Assembly (NCBI GenBank): GCA_038231275.1
Contig: JBBRLQ010000016.1
Coordinates: 128,001 to 192,000 of the forward strand
Source of the DNA: Polyangiales bacterium
Lineage (GTDB): Bacteria > Myxococcota_A > Polyangia > Polyangiales > Polyangiaceae
Direction: 5' to 3'
DNA: 64,000 nt
The translations under genes and the position numbers were made by a program. Below the pieces are notes generated by a model. The model did no database searches and was not told the origin of the DNA. It worked only from the letters and a program-made list of their open reading frames with translations. Of the stretch, positions 1-9,115 are shown in pieces (the stretch's first letter is position 1; each line of letters opens with the position of its first letter).

Positions 1-1
1 G

Positions 2-217
2 GCGTACCTTGGCGAGATCCGCGTGCCGACGCTCATCACCACCGGCACGCGCGACCTGCTCACGCCTCCCACCACCGCCGAGCGGATGCATCGCATGATC
101 CGAGGCTCGGAGCTCTTCGTCGTGCCGGGCGCTACGCACTACATCGTCGCCGAGTACCCGGACGCGTTGTGCGACAGGATCGCGACGTTCCTCGCACACG
201 TCGACGGTTTGGGCTAG
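2..217 (+). CDS. Alpha/beta hydrolase, C-terminal part (5' end outside window)
   Basis: Open frame from window edge: LGEIRVPTLITTGTRDLLTPP...VVPGATHY, the typical Asp/His end of an alpha/beta hydrolase. Confidence 0.8.
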   Translation, partial: AYLGEIRVPTLITTGTRDLLTPPTTAERMHRMIRGSELFVVPGATHYIVAEYPDALCDRIATFLAHVDGLG

Positions 218-227
218 ACGATGGATC

Positions 228-1103
228 GTGAAGTTTGCGCTCGTCACCGCCGCCGCAGCCCGTGATCTCGACGAAGACCTCCCCTTGCTCACGGCGGCGC
301 TCGCCAAGCGCGACGTCGCGGTCGACGTCGTCGACTGGGACGACGCGAACGCGCGGTGGGGCTCGTACGACGCCGTCGTGGTGCGATCGCCGTGGGATTA
401 TGCCCCGCGGCGCGACGCGTTCGTCGAGTGGGCGCGCGGCGTCGGGTCGCCGCTGTTCAACTCGGCGGAGGTGCTCGCGTGGAACACCGACAAGCGCTAC
501 CTCCAGCACCTCGCCACGAGCGGGGTCGCGATCACGCCGACCCTGTTCGTTGCGCCGGGAGAGTCGGTGACGCTCCGCGGTGGGGAGATCGTCGTCAAGC
601 CCACGATCTCCGGCGGCGCGAAGGACACGGCGCGGTACATGGAGAGCGAGCGGGCGCAAGCGAAGGCGCACGTCCAGGCCCTGAACGCGGCGGGGCGAAC
701 CGCGATGATTCAGCCGTACATGGTCTCGGTTGACGCGCGCGGCGAGACAGCGCTCCTCTTTTTCGGCGGCGTCTTCAGCCACTCCATAACGAAAGGGGCG
801 CTCTTGACGCGCGGCGCCGGCTTCGTCGAGGGCCTCTTCGCGAAGGAGCGGGTCGTGACCCGCGCGCCGACCGCCGCCGAACGCGCCCTCGCCGAGGCGG
901 CGCTCGACGCGGTGCCGATGGGCCGCAGCGCCCTCGCCTACGCGCGCGTGGACGTGGTGCTCGGCGACGACGGCGCGCCGATGGTGCTGGAGCTCGAGCT
1001 CACCGAGCCGAGCGTATTCCTAGGTCACTCGGAGGGCGCCGCTGATCGCTTCGCCGACGCGCTCCTCGCGCACGCGATCAAGGCGCGAGATAACCGGACG
1101 TGA
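228..1103 (+). CDS. ATP-grasp ligase (RimK/glutathione synthetase-like)
   Basis: RSPWDY, WNTDKRYL, VVKPTISGGA, MIQPY, YARVD, VLELELTEPS motifs. Confidence 0.85.
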   Translation: MKFALVTAAAARDLDEDLPLLTAALAKRDVAVDVVDWDDANARWGSYDAVVVRSPWDYAPRRDAFVEWARGVGSPLFNSAEVLAWNTDKRYLQHLATSGVAITPTLFVAPGESVTLRGGEIVVKPTISGGAKDTARYMESERAQAKAHVQALNAAGRTAMIQPYMVSVDARGETALLFFGGVFSHSITKGALLTRGAGFVEGLFAKERVVTRAPTAAERALAEAALDAVPMGRSALAYARVDVVLGDDGAPMVLELELTEPSVFLGHSEGAADRFADALLAHAIKARDNRT

Positions 1104-1878
1104 CGACGCGACCGGCGAAGTCGACATAATCGTCGGCGACGTCGAACGTCTGCGGATCGTGGGGGCGGTTCGTGATCATCGTGTCGTGGAGGCAGTTGCT
1201 GGTCGCGCACCCACTGCCCGTCGCGTCGACCACGAAGGTCTTCGCGCCGTGGTACTGCGGGGCGATGGCGCGGAGGAACGCGCCGTTGCGCGAGAGGCCG
1301 ACGCCCGGCTCCGACGCGTACACGAACGTGAGCGATGCGAGCTTACCGGCGATGGCGAGCGTCAGCCCGTCCTGGCCGCCGTCGAGATCGAAGTAGTGGG
1401 TCTTCGCGCGGAGATCGGCGGTCAAGACGCCGAGCAGCTCGTGGGCGACGAACGCGCCGCTCGAGTGGGCGACGACGTAGATCGCGTCGGGAGGATCGGC
1501 GGCGAGGTGCGCCGCGAGCGCGGTGTTGCCGATCTCGCGCGCGCGGTAGAGCGCGTCGCGCGGCCCTTGCGACGCGTAGACGGCGCCGAGATCGAGGTCG
1601 GTGCCGCGCGCGGCGACGAGCGCGTCGGCCCACGACTGCGCGTGCTCGGGGTGCGCGCCGTAGCCGCCGTAGACGACGAGCGCGGCGCGGCCGGTGCCGA
1701 ACGTGCGTCCGGCGATTCCGCGCGAGACGTCGGACCATCCCGCGCGGTTCGTCGTCGACGCCTGATCGGTCGCCTCGGGAGACGCGTCGGCGACCGAGCC
1801 CGAGCACGCGGCGAGCGTGCCGACGGTGGCGATCAAGGCGGCTGCGACGAGCGCGCGACCCACGGCGGCGAAAACCAT
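1078..1878 (-). CDS. Lipoprotein with putative alpha/beta hydrolase fold
   Basis: Lipobox LAAC; nucleophile-elbow-like VVAHSSGAFVA; GC3-biased frame. Confidence 0.65.
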   Translation of the reverse strand: MVFAAVGRALVAAALIATVGTLAACSGSVADASPEATDQASTTNRAGWSDVSRGIAGRTFGTGRAALVVYGGYGAHPEHAQSWADALVAARGTDLDLGAVYASQGPRDALYRAREIGNTALAAHLAADPPDAIYVVAHSSGAFVAHELLGVLTADLRAKTHYFDLDGGQDGLTLAIAGKLASLTFVYASEPGVGLSRNGAFLRAIAPQYHGAKTFVVDATGSGCATSNCLHDTMITNRPHDPQTFDVADDYVDFAGRVVTSGYLAP

Positions 1879-1934
1879 GCCCTACACTGTCACACATTGA
1901 CCGACGCGCAAGCCGGCCTCATGGAAGCACGCAG

Positions 1935-2786
1935 ATGACCACGAAAATTCCGTCGAGGCTGGTTCCCGGTCTCGTGCCGCCCAGGACGAGCGCCGGTGGC
2001 GAGGACGTACAAGAGGAGTGGTTCGTCTTCCGGGGTGGAGAGCTTCTCGTCGGAGACGCGGACGCCGCCCTCCCTTCGCGGGACGCGTCGCGCGATCTGC
2101 GCGCGGCGGGCGACTCGATCTACTTGGGCACGATGGACGGCGCCGCGTGCTTCGCCCTCGCGCTCGCGTCGGATTCCGTCGCACCGCCGTCGTGCTCGTT
2201 CGCCGGGCTGCGCGCGCTCTTCATGAAGCTGCCGCGCGAGAGGTGGCATGCCGCAGGACGCGCGCTCCAGCTCCTCGAGTGGGATCGGACGCATCGCTTC
2301 TGCGGCGCGTGCGCTACGCCGACCTTCACGATGGAGGGCGAGCGCGCGAAGAAGTGCCCGAAGTGCGCCCTCACGGCATATCCGCGCGTCGCGCCGGCGA
2401 TCATCGTCCTCGTGCATCGCGGGGACGAGGCGATCCTCGCGCGCGGTCCGCGCACGCCGGCGAAGTTCATGAGCACGCTGGCCGGCTTCGTCGAACCGGG
2501 CGAGTCGCTCGAGGAGACGCTCGCCCGCGAGGTCGCAGAGGAGGTCGGCGTGCGCGTCACGAACGTGCGCTACTTCGGGAGCCAGCCGTGGCCGTTCCCG
2601 CATTCGCTCATGGTCGGATTCTTCGCGGAGCACGCCGAGGGAGAGGTCAGACCCGACGGCGTCGAGCTCGACGACGCGCGCTGGTTCCGCTTCGACGCGC
2701 TCCCCGACGTTCCGCCGAGCATCAGCATCGCGCGACAGCTCATCGACGCATGGGTCGCGTCGCGCTCGGGCGGTGCGCCGATCTGA
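1935..2786 (+). CDS. nudC: NAD(+)/NADH diphosphatase (NudC)
   Basis: Zn ribbon RFCGACA...CPKC, YPR, Nudix box AGFVEPGESLEETLAREVAEEVG, SQPWPFPHSLM signature; ATG at 1935. Confidence 0.95.
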   Translation: MTTKIPSRLVPGLVPPRTSAGGEDVQEEWFVFRGGELLVGDADAALPSRDASRDLRAAGDSIYLGTMDGAACFALALASDSVAPPSCSFAGLRALFMKLPRERWHAAGRALQLLEWDRTHRFCGACATPTFTMEGERAKKCPKCALTAYPRVAPAIIVLVHRGDEAILARGPRTPAKFMSTLAGFVEPGESLEETLAREVAEEVGVRVTNVRYFGSQPWPFPHSLMVGFFAEHAEGEVRPDGVELDDARWFRFDALPDVPPSISIARQLIDAWVASRSGGAPI

Positions 2787-2822
2787 CGCGGATCAGGCGC
2801 GACCAGGCGGCGTCAGGCGCCC

Positions 2823-3686
2823 TCAGGCGAGCGTCGCCCAGCGCCCGCCGTCGGTGCTGAGGTGGACCGCGCGCTCTCCGACGGCGAGGATGCCCTTCGC
2901 CGCGGCCGCCAGCGCGAAGACCGGCTCGGCGAGGACGAGGCGCGGCGCCTTGCCGTCGATGCGCCATACGCTCGTGCCATCGGCGACGAAAAGAGCGTCC
3001 TCGAGGACGGCGATCGCCGTGGGCCGGAGCTCACCGATCGCGATCGTCCGCCACTTCACTCCCGCGCCGACGAGCGCGACGCCCTGGCCCGCAACCACCG
3101 GCTGCCCACCCGGACGCGACGCCGCGCACGTCCACTTGGCCTCCGCCGGCAAGCTCGCCGGCTTCCAGCCATGGGCACCACGCGACCACGCCGCGCCTTC
3201 GGTCCCGAACGCCCACGCCGTGCCGTCCGAATCGCCGGCGACGCCCGCGAGCGCGCCCTGCTCGATCGTGCGGTACGTCGAGAGCTTGACGGCAGAGAGG
3301 CGCGGCAGCGGCGGCGCGATGCCCCACGGCTCCCAGCTCTTCTGCGCGCGGCGGTAGATCCGTCCGGCCGTACCGAACGCCACGATCGCGCCGCCGGCGA
3401 GCTGCGTCACGCCGCGGAGGGTCGGCGACGCTTTTCGGTCGGTCACCTTTCCGATACGGCCGCCCCCGGCGTCGACAACGAGCGTCTGCCCCGCAGGTCC
3501 GATGACGACCACTCCGTCCCCTTCGGGCGCAACGCCGACCGCGGCCCAGGGCGCGCGTGAGAGGCGCGAGAGCCGCCCTCCCTTCAGCCGCCAGACGACG
3601 GCCTCGGCCTCGCCGTCGCGGTGACCGACCAAGATGGGGCGACCGCCATCGGCGAACGCGGCGGCGGAGAAGCGTCGTCCGGGCAC
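2823..3686 (-). CDS. Hypothetical protein, possible beta-propeller (BNR/YCF48-like repeats)
   Basis: Repeated AFG-x-x-G...W units and terminal STDGGRW; GC3-biased frame. Confidence 0.5.
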   Translation of the reverse strand: MPGRRFSAAAFADGGRPILVGHRDGEAEAVVWRLKGGRLSRLSRAPWAAVGVAPEGDGVVVIGPAGQTLVVDAGGGRIGKVTDRKASPTLRGVTQLAGGAIVAFGTAGRIYRRAQKSWEPWGIAPPLPRLSAVKLSTYRTIEQGALAGVAGDSDGTAWAFGTEGAAWSRGAHGWKPASLPAEAKWTCAASRPGGQPVVAGQGVALVGAGVKWRTIAIGELRPTAIAVLEDALFVADGTSVWRIDGKAPRLVLAEPVFALAAAAKGILAVGERAVHLSTDGGRWATLA

Positions 3687-3693
3687 GGCGACC

Positions 3694-4557
3694 TCAGCGC
3701 GCGCTCCAGCGCGGATCGTCTTCGATGACCCACTCGAACCCGCGGCGGATGTTGTCCATCACGGCACCGGTATACACGTGACCGGCCCCCTCCGTGTAGA
3801 CGGTGCGCGTGAGGACGCCGACCTTGTCGAGTCGGACCGCGACGCTCGAGCTCTGGGAGAGGCACTCCTCTTGTCCGCACACGAAGAGGATGCGCTTGCC
3901 GCCGGTCGCGCCGAAGATGGCGATGCGATCGGGGGTCCATGCGTCCTGGCCGCCCTCGATCAAGATCGCGCGGGGATAGCGGGCGGGCTCCGTCGCAAGG
4001 ATGCCGACCGACGCGAACGCGCCGCGCGAAAATCCGATGTAGAGGACCGCGGTCTTGTCGACGTAGCCGGGGTAGTGCTTGTCGAGGACGGCGAGGTCCG
4101 CGTCGACCTCGATGGCGAGCGTCTGCGGGCTCTTGAACCAGAAGTTCGGGTAGTTCTTCTCGGCGGGGCGCGTGCCGCGCGGGCACACGAGGAAGGCGCG
4201 CGAGCCGACGACGCCGTGCATCGACTCGCAGTAGGCCTCGGGCGTCTCGGCGTTGCCGTGGACGCCGAGGACGATGGGGCGCGGCGAGGTGGCGCCGTTC
4301 GGCGGATACACGACGACGTCGCCCCATTCGGGAACGGGGAACGTGTCGAAGGCATCCCACGCGATGAGCGGCTCGAGCCGACCGACCGGCGCCGCTGTGA
4401 CGCCCGCCTCGGCGCCGGTCGGCGCGGGCGTGGGCTTCTTCTCGACCTTGGCGTCGGCGCGTGTGCACGACGGCATGCGCGAGCACGACACGGCGAGCAG
4501 CGCGAGGGCGACATGGAAGATCGTGGCGCGCGACCCGAGCACCGTCCCATCCGACAT
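3694..4557 (-). CDS. Lipoprotein esterase, alpha/beta hydrolase fold
   Basis: Lipobox-like LAVSC, VLGVHG, GFSRG nucleophile motif, EGAGH; start chosen at ATG 4557. Confidence 0.75.
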   Translation of the reverse strand: MSDGTVLGSRATIFHVALALLAVSCSRMPSCTRADAKVEKKPTPAPTGAEAGVTAAPVGRLEPLIAWDAFDTFPVPEWGDVVVYPPNGATSPRPIVLGVHGNAETPEAYCESMHGVVGSRAFLVCPRGTRPAEKNYPNFWFKSPQTLAIEVDADLAVLDKHYPGYVDKTAVLYIGFSRGAFASVGILATEPARYPRAILIEGGQDAWTPDRIAIFGATGGKRILFVCGQEECLSQSSSVAVRLDKVGVLTRTVYTEGAGHVYTGAVMDNIRRGFEWVIEDDPRWSAR

Positions 4558-4633
4558 CGAACGCGCCCGGCGCGCGCGCCGACTCCCCGTTTTGTCTTGC
4601 TGGGAGGGCATCCTTGCGGAAGGCTTCGCGCCC

Positions 4634-5566
4634 ATGGCGTTCACGTTCGACTCGATCCCGTCCCTCCGTGGCCGCACCCTCGTCGTGACCGGCGGAAACA
4701 GCGGGATCGGCTTCGAGGCCGCGCGCATGTTCGCGAAGGCCGGCGCGCGCGTGATCCTCGCGTGCCGCGATGCCGGCAAAATGAAGGCGGCGCGCGAGCG
4801 CATCGGCGCGGAGACGGCAGGCGCCGAGATCGAGGAGATCCCGCTCGATCTCGGAGACCTCGCCTCGGTGCGCGCGGCGGCGGCGGAGATCCGCGCACGC
4901 GCGCCGGCGCTCGACGGCCTCGTCAACAACGCAGGCGTGATGGCCCTGCCCGACCGCGAGACGAAGGACGGCTTCGAGATGCAGGTCGGCACCAACCACC
5001 TCGGCCACTTCGCGCTGACCGGCCTGCTCCTTCCGGCGCTGCTCGCGGCGCGGTCCGCCCGCGTCGTGACCGTGAGTAGCCTCGTGCACCTCCAGGGCAA
5101 GGTCCTGCTCGAAGACCTCCCGAAGCCTAGAAAATATGGCGAATGGACGGCGTACGCGCGGAGCAAGCTCGCCAACGTCCTGTTCGGCTACGAGCTCGAT
5201 CGACGCGCGAAAGCCGCGGGGACGAAGGTGGTGAGCGTCGTGTGCCATCCCGGATATTCGGCGACGAACCTGCAGAGCGGCGGGGCGCGGATGGGCGGCT
5301 CCGCCTTTCAAGGAGGCATCATGAAGATGTCGAACGCGGTCATCGCGCAAGCGCCGGACATGGGCGCGCTCCCGACGGTGTACGCGGCGACCGCGGAGGA
5401 CATCCGCGGCGGCGAGTTCGTCGGACCTGGCGGCCCCTTCGCCATTCGCGGGTATCCGAAGATCGGCGCTTCCAGCAAGGCGTCGCACGACGAAGGCCTC
5501 GCGCGCGCGCTCTGGGAAGCGTCGGAGAAGCTCACCGGCGTCACGTACGCGTTCGGCGCGGCATGA
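4634..5566 (+). CDS. Short-chain dehydrogenase/reductase (retinol dehydrogenase/WWOX-like)
   Basis: TGGNSGIG, NNAGVM, NHLGHF, YARSK catalytic motif. Confidence 0.95.
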   Translation: MAFTFDSIPSLRGRTLVVTGGNSGIGFEAARMFAKAGARVILACRDAGKMKAARERIGAETAGAEIEEIPLDLGDLASVRAAAAEIRARAPALDGLVNNAGVMALPDRETKDGFEMQVGTNHLGHFALTGLLLPALLAARSARVVTVSSLVHLQGKVLLEDLPKPRKYGEWTAYARSKLANVLFGYELDRRAKAAGTKVVSVVCHPGYSATNLQSGGARMGGSAFQGGIMKMSNAVIAQAPDMGALPTVYAATAEDIRGGEFVGPGGPFAIRGYPKIGASSKASHDEGLARALWEASEKLTGVTYAFGAA

Positions 5567-6324
5567 CCAGCCCGCGGCTCGGCGAGTGGCTGCGCGAGGG
5601 GCCGTTCGCGCTGGCGATGTCGAGCGGCTTCTTCGGCTTCTTCGCGCACTGCGGCGCGCTGACGGTGCTCGAAGACGAGGGGCTCTTGCCGTCGCGCGTC
5701 TCCGGCTCGAGCGCAGGCGCCTTGGTCACTGGCGCGTGGGCGAGCGGGCTCGACGCGGCGCGCCTCGCGGGCGAGCTTCGCGTCCTCCGTCGCGGGGACT
5801 TTTGGGATCCGCGGCCCGGCGCAGGCCTCCTCCGCGGCGCGCTCTTTCGCGCGCGCCTGGACGCGCTCCTCCCCACCACCGACATCGCCCGCTGCCGCAC
5901 GCGCGTCGCGATATCGACCTACGACGTCCTCGCGCGCCGCACGCGCGTGCTGGAATCCGGCGGGCTCGCGGCGGCCATCCACGCGTCGTGCGCGGTGCCC
6001 TTCATGTTCCACCCGGTGCGGCTCGACGGGCGCATCCTCGTCGACGGCGGCGTCGCCGATCGCCCCGGCCTCGCGGGAATGCCCGCCGGTGAGCGCGTCC
6101 TCTTCCACCACCTCGCGTCGCGCTCTCCGTGGAGAAGGCGCGGCAGCGCGTCGATGGAGCTTCCGTCGCGCGACGGGCTCGTGGCGGTGGCGATCGAAGG
6201 GCTCCCCCGCGTCGGTCCATTTCGCCTGCACCAGGGCGTGCACGCGTTCGACGCGGCCCGCCGCGCGATGCGCGAGGCCCTCGCCCGTCCCGTGGAGGGT
6301 GGCGCGGTTCGCCTCTCGGCCTGA
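5563..6324 (+). CDS. Patatin-like phospholipase
   Basis: SSGFFGFFAHCG, GSSAG, ASCAVP, DGG motifs; ATGA overlap with SDR stop. Confidence 0.9.
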   Translation: MTSPRLGEWLREGPFALAMSSGFFGFFAHCGALTVLEDEGLLPSRVSGSSAGALVTGAWASGLDAARLAGELRVLRRGDFWDPRPGAGLLRGALFRARLDALLPTTDIARCRTRVAISTYDVLARRTRVLESGGLAAAIHASCAVPFMFHPVRLDGRILVDGGVADRPGLAGMPAGERVLFHHLASRSPWRRRGSASMELPSRDGLVAVAIEGLPRVGPFRLHQGVHAFDAARRAMREALARPVEGGAVRLSA

Positions 6325-6380
6325 CCGGTTCACCCGTTCGTGCGACTTGTGCTTCCTCGCGCGGGAGTCACATTGAAGGG

Positions 6381-6803
6381 ATGCAGGCCCTGGTTCAATC
6401 CCTCGCGGACACGATGTCGCTCTCGAGCTTGCTCGACGAGCTTCGCCGCCAGGTCGGCGCGTTCGAGCTCGGCGATCATTGGACGCAGGGCGAGTTCCAC
6501 CACGACGTCGTGCTCCGCTTCGAATCGCAGGACCGGCCTCTCGCGCTGGTCGTCGCGACCAACTGCAACGGCGGAGTGAAAGAGGTGCTGGCCTTCGACG
6601 TCACTCCCGAGAGGTACGCGCTGTGGCACTGGCGCTGCCCGCACGTCGCGGATTTTTCGGGCACGCTGCCGCCGATCCTTGCGCGGGCGACGACGACACA
6701 CTTCTTCGACCCGTGCGCGCTCCTCGTCGACGACGCGCGCAGCGAGCTGCTCCCCGAGCACCGCGTCCGGCAACGAGGCGGCGGGTGGTGCTCGAAGGTG
6801 TAG
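6381..6803 (+). CDS. Hypothetical protein (His/Cys/Trp-rich)
   Basis: Protein-like composition: HWTQGEFHHDVV, TNCNGGVKE, WHWRCP, RQRGGGW. Confidence 0.7.
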   Translation: MQALVQSLADTMSLSSLLDELRRQVGAFELGDHWTQGEFHHDVVLRFESQDRPLALVVATNCNGGVKEVLAFDVTPERYALWHWRCPHVADFSGTLPPILARATTTHFFDPCALLVDDARSELLPEHRVRQRGGGWCSKV

Positions 6804-6827
6804 CGCCCGAAGGTGTAGAGTGAGCGC

Positions 6828-7031
6828 ATGCATCGCGCGCTCGTCCTCGCCGCCGCCCTCACGCTTTTTGGTTGCCCGCCGAGCGGCGAAAAGAGAGGGA
6901 CGCCTGCTGTTCCCGCCGCGTGCGCGAAGGTCGGCGATTCGTGCGAGTTTTCGCCTGGGAAGCTCGGGAGCTGCGTCCAGAAAGACGAGTGCACCACGCC
7001 GCCGTGCCTCGTCTGCCAGTCGCAGCACTGA
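6828..7031 (+). CDS. Small Cys-rich lipoprotein
   Basis: Signal peptide plus LFGC lipobox; six further Cys in about 35 aa. Confidence 0.75.
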   Translation: MHRALVLAAALTLFGCPPSGEKRGTPAVPAACAKVGDSCEFSPGKLGSCVQKDECTTPPCLVCQSQH

Positions 7032-7081
7032 CGCGCGGTCCGCCGCGTGGCGTCCACTGCGACGGGTTTTGCCGACGGCCG

Positions 7082-7351
7082 CTAGCGCTGCAGCTCGCGG
7101 CGCAGGCGCAAGCCGTCGCGCAGCGTCCACGCGCCGCCGCCCCAGAAAATCGCGAGCGCGAGCCACGCCAGCGCGGGCGGCGGGCCACCGTGCCCCATGA
7201 CCACCGCGACGATCGCTCCGCCCCCCACGAGCCCCATCACGCCCGTTACGATGCGCTTGTACGCGATAGCCTGCGCGATCCGGCGATCGACCGTCTTGGG
7301 GAGGGCGGGCGTCTTCGGCAGAGCGGGCATCTGGAGGGAGAGCTTTAGCAT
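7082..7351 (-). CDS. Small two-TM membrane protein
   Basis: Two hydrophobic segments (IVTGVMGLVGGGAIVAVVM; LAWLALAIFWGGGAW); start may be 7351 or 7330. Confidence 0.65.
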   Translation of the reverse strand: MLKLSLQMPALPKTPALPKTVDRRIAQAIAYKRIVTGVMGLVGGGAIVAVVMGHGGPPPALAWLALAIFWGGGAWTLRDGLRLRRELQR

Positions 7352-7405
7352 CCATTCGTTGCGCGTCACGTGGGACGAGGCCGACTGACCGTGTAGATTC
7401 ACCAC

Positions 7406-8437
7406 GTGCGCGCCGCGCCCGCTCTCGTCCCCGGGCTCGCGCTCGTCGCGGTGCTTGTCATGGCGCCGGCGCGCGCGTATGCAGAGACGAGCCCGACCGT
7501 GCACGTTGACTACGCCGCGCCGTCCGGGTGTCCGGGCGAGCGCGCGTTCGTCGATGAGCTCGTGGCGCGAGCTCCGCGCGCGCGCGTCGCGGTGCCGAGC
7601 GAGCCGGCGCGAACGTTGATCGTGCGCGTCGCGGCGCGCCAGGGTCATTTCACCGGTCGCCTGAACGTGCGCGCGCTCGACGGAGGCGACACGGAGCGCG
7701 AGCTCGGCGCGGACAGCTGCGCGGAGCTCGTTTCGGCGCTCGCCCTCGTCGCGGCGGTGGCGGTGGACCCTACGGTCGCTTCGACCGCGACCGCGACCTC
7801 GACCCCGACCTCGACCTCGACCCCGACCTCGACCCCGACCCCGACCCCGACTCCGACTCCGACTCCGACCCCGACTCCGACTCCGACCCCGACTCCGACT
7901 CCGACCCTGACTCCGACTCCGACTCCGCATCTCTTTCATGTCCGCGTCGTGGTGGGGAGCGAGGCGGTCTCGGGTCCATTGCCCGATGTGGTCGTCGGGT
8001 TTCCCGTCGTGAGCCTCGACGTCGACAAGGAGACGACCGATCTCCTGCGCCCCGCCTTTCGCGCGAGGTTCGTGACGGCGAGCGACGACGCGGCGAGCGC
8101 GCGGTTCGTGTGGACGGCGGGGAGCCTCGAGGGGTGTCCGATCGGGGGGGTGCTGGGGCCGGTGGGCGCCGCGGCGTGCGCGCGAGGCGAGGCGGGCGCG
8201 CTGTATGGGCGAGGAGCGGTCGGGCCGAGCCGGGACCGAACGACGCCCTGGGTTGCCCTCGGCCCGGTGGGGCGCGCGCGCGTCGAGATCGTCGGGAACC
8301 TCGGGCTCGAAATCGAAGGGAGCCTATTTTTCCCGGTCGTTCGCGATCGGTTCACCCTCGAGTCGGGGGCGACGGTCTTTCGACCGCCGGCCGTCGGCTG
8401 GGCCGTGGGAGGTGGGGCGTCCGTGATCATTTGGTGA
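7406..8437 (+). CDS. Secreted protein: N-terminal Cys-pair domain, Pro-Thr linker, putative OM beta-barrel (ECF module 1, gene 1)
   Basis: Signal peptide, (PT)n linker, amphipathic beta-strands ending in Trp; paralogous to 51616-52629. Confidence 0.7.
   Translation: MRAAPALVPGLALVAVLVMAPARAYAETSPTVHVDYAAPSGCPGERAFVDELVARAPRARVAVPSEPARTLIVRVAARQGHFTGRLNVRALDGGDTERELGADSCAELVSALALVAAVAVDPTVASTATATSTPTSTSTPTSTPTPTPTPTPTPTPTPTPTPTPTPTLTPTPTPHLFHVRVVVGSEAVSGPLPDVVVGFPVVSLDVDKETTDLLRPAFRARFVTASDDAASARFVWTAGSLEGCPIGGVLGPVGAAACARGEAGALYGRGAVGPSRDRTTPWVALGPVGRARVEIVGNLGLEIEGSLFFPVVRDRFTLESGATVFRPPAVGWAVGGGASVIIW
7785..7927 (+). repeat. Hexamer tandem repeat (CCGACY-like)n encoding Thr-Pro linker
   Basis: Direct reading of ccgact/ccgacc units. 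Confidence 0.95.
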
Positions 8438-8479
8438 TCGTGAGGTGCGCGGCCGGACATTTCGGCGGCAGGGCGTAGG

Positions 8480-9115
8480 ATGGGAAACGTGGCGACGTTG
8501 CAGCCGGGCGGTTTCGGAGCGCCCATCGACATCGGGTCGTCCGAGGAGAGCTCAGCGCCGCCCGTGTCGCGCGCGCAGGTGCGACTGCGCGGTGACGCCG
8601 AGGTGCGGTTTCGCGCGATGGTCGACGGGCATTTCGATTTCATTTGGCGATCGCTCCGCGGCCTCGGCGTTCCCTCCGCCAACGCCGACGACGCAGCCCA
8701 GCAGGTGTTCCTCGTCGCCGCGCAGAAACTGGAGCTCATCGCCGCCGGCAGCGAGCGGAGCTTCCTCTTCTCGACAGCGCGCGGGATCGCTGCGAACGCG
8801 CGGCGATCGCGCGCGCGCAGCCGCGAGGTCCCGGAGGAAGGCGCCCTCGCAGAGCCGGTGGACGGCGCACCCGATCCCGAGCAAGAGGCGGCGCGTGCGC
8901 AGGCGCGGCGCGTCCTCGAGGGAATCCTCGAGGGGCTGTCCGACGATCTACGGAGCGTGTTCGTCCTCTTCGAGCTCGAAGGAATGACGACGATGCAGAT
9001 GGCGGAGCTGCTCGGCGTGCCGATGGGCACGGTGGCGTCGCGGCTCCGTCGCGCGCGCGAGGAGTTTCAGGCCGCGACCAAGCGATTCCAAGCGAGCCGA
9101 GGGGGACGCACATGA
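8480..9115 (+). CDS. ECF sigma-70 family factor
   Basis: Region 2 DFIWRSLRGLGV..ADDAAQQVFL; region 4 LRSVFVLFELEGMT..MAELLGVPMGTVASRLRRAR. Confidence 0.95.
   Translation: MGNVATLQPGGFGAPIDIGSSEESSAPPVSRAQVRLRGDAEVRFRAMVDGHFDFIWRSLRGLGVPSANADDAAQQVFLVAAQKLELIAAGSERSFLFSTARGIAANARRSRARSREVPEEGALAEPVDGAPDPEQEAARAQARRVLEGILEGLSDDLRSVFVLFELEGMTTMQMAELLGVPMGTVASRLRRAREEFQAATKRFQASRGGRT

Noticed and set aside
228..1103. Graspetide (ATP-grasp RiPP) cluster
   Set aside because: No precursor peptide, transporter or second ligase adjacent; looks like a common stand-alone family
7383..7390. Shared GACTGACC upstream of both ECF modules (also 51582) as an ECF promoter
   Set aside because: Only 8 bp, different distances to the start, and no shared second element
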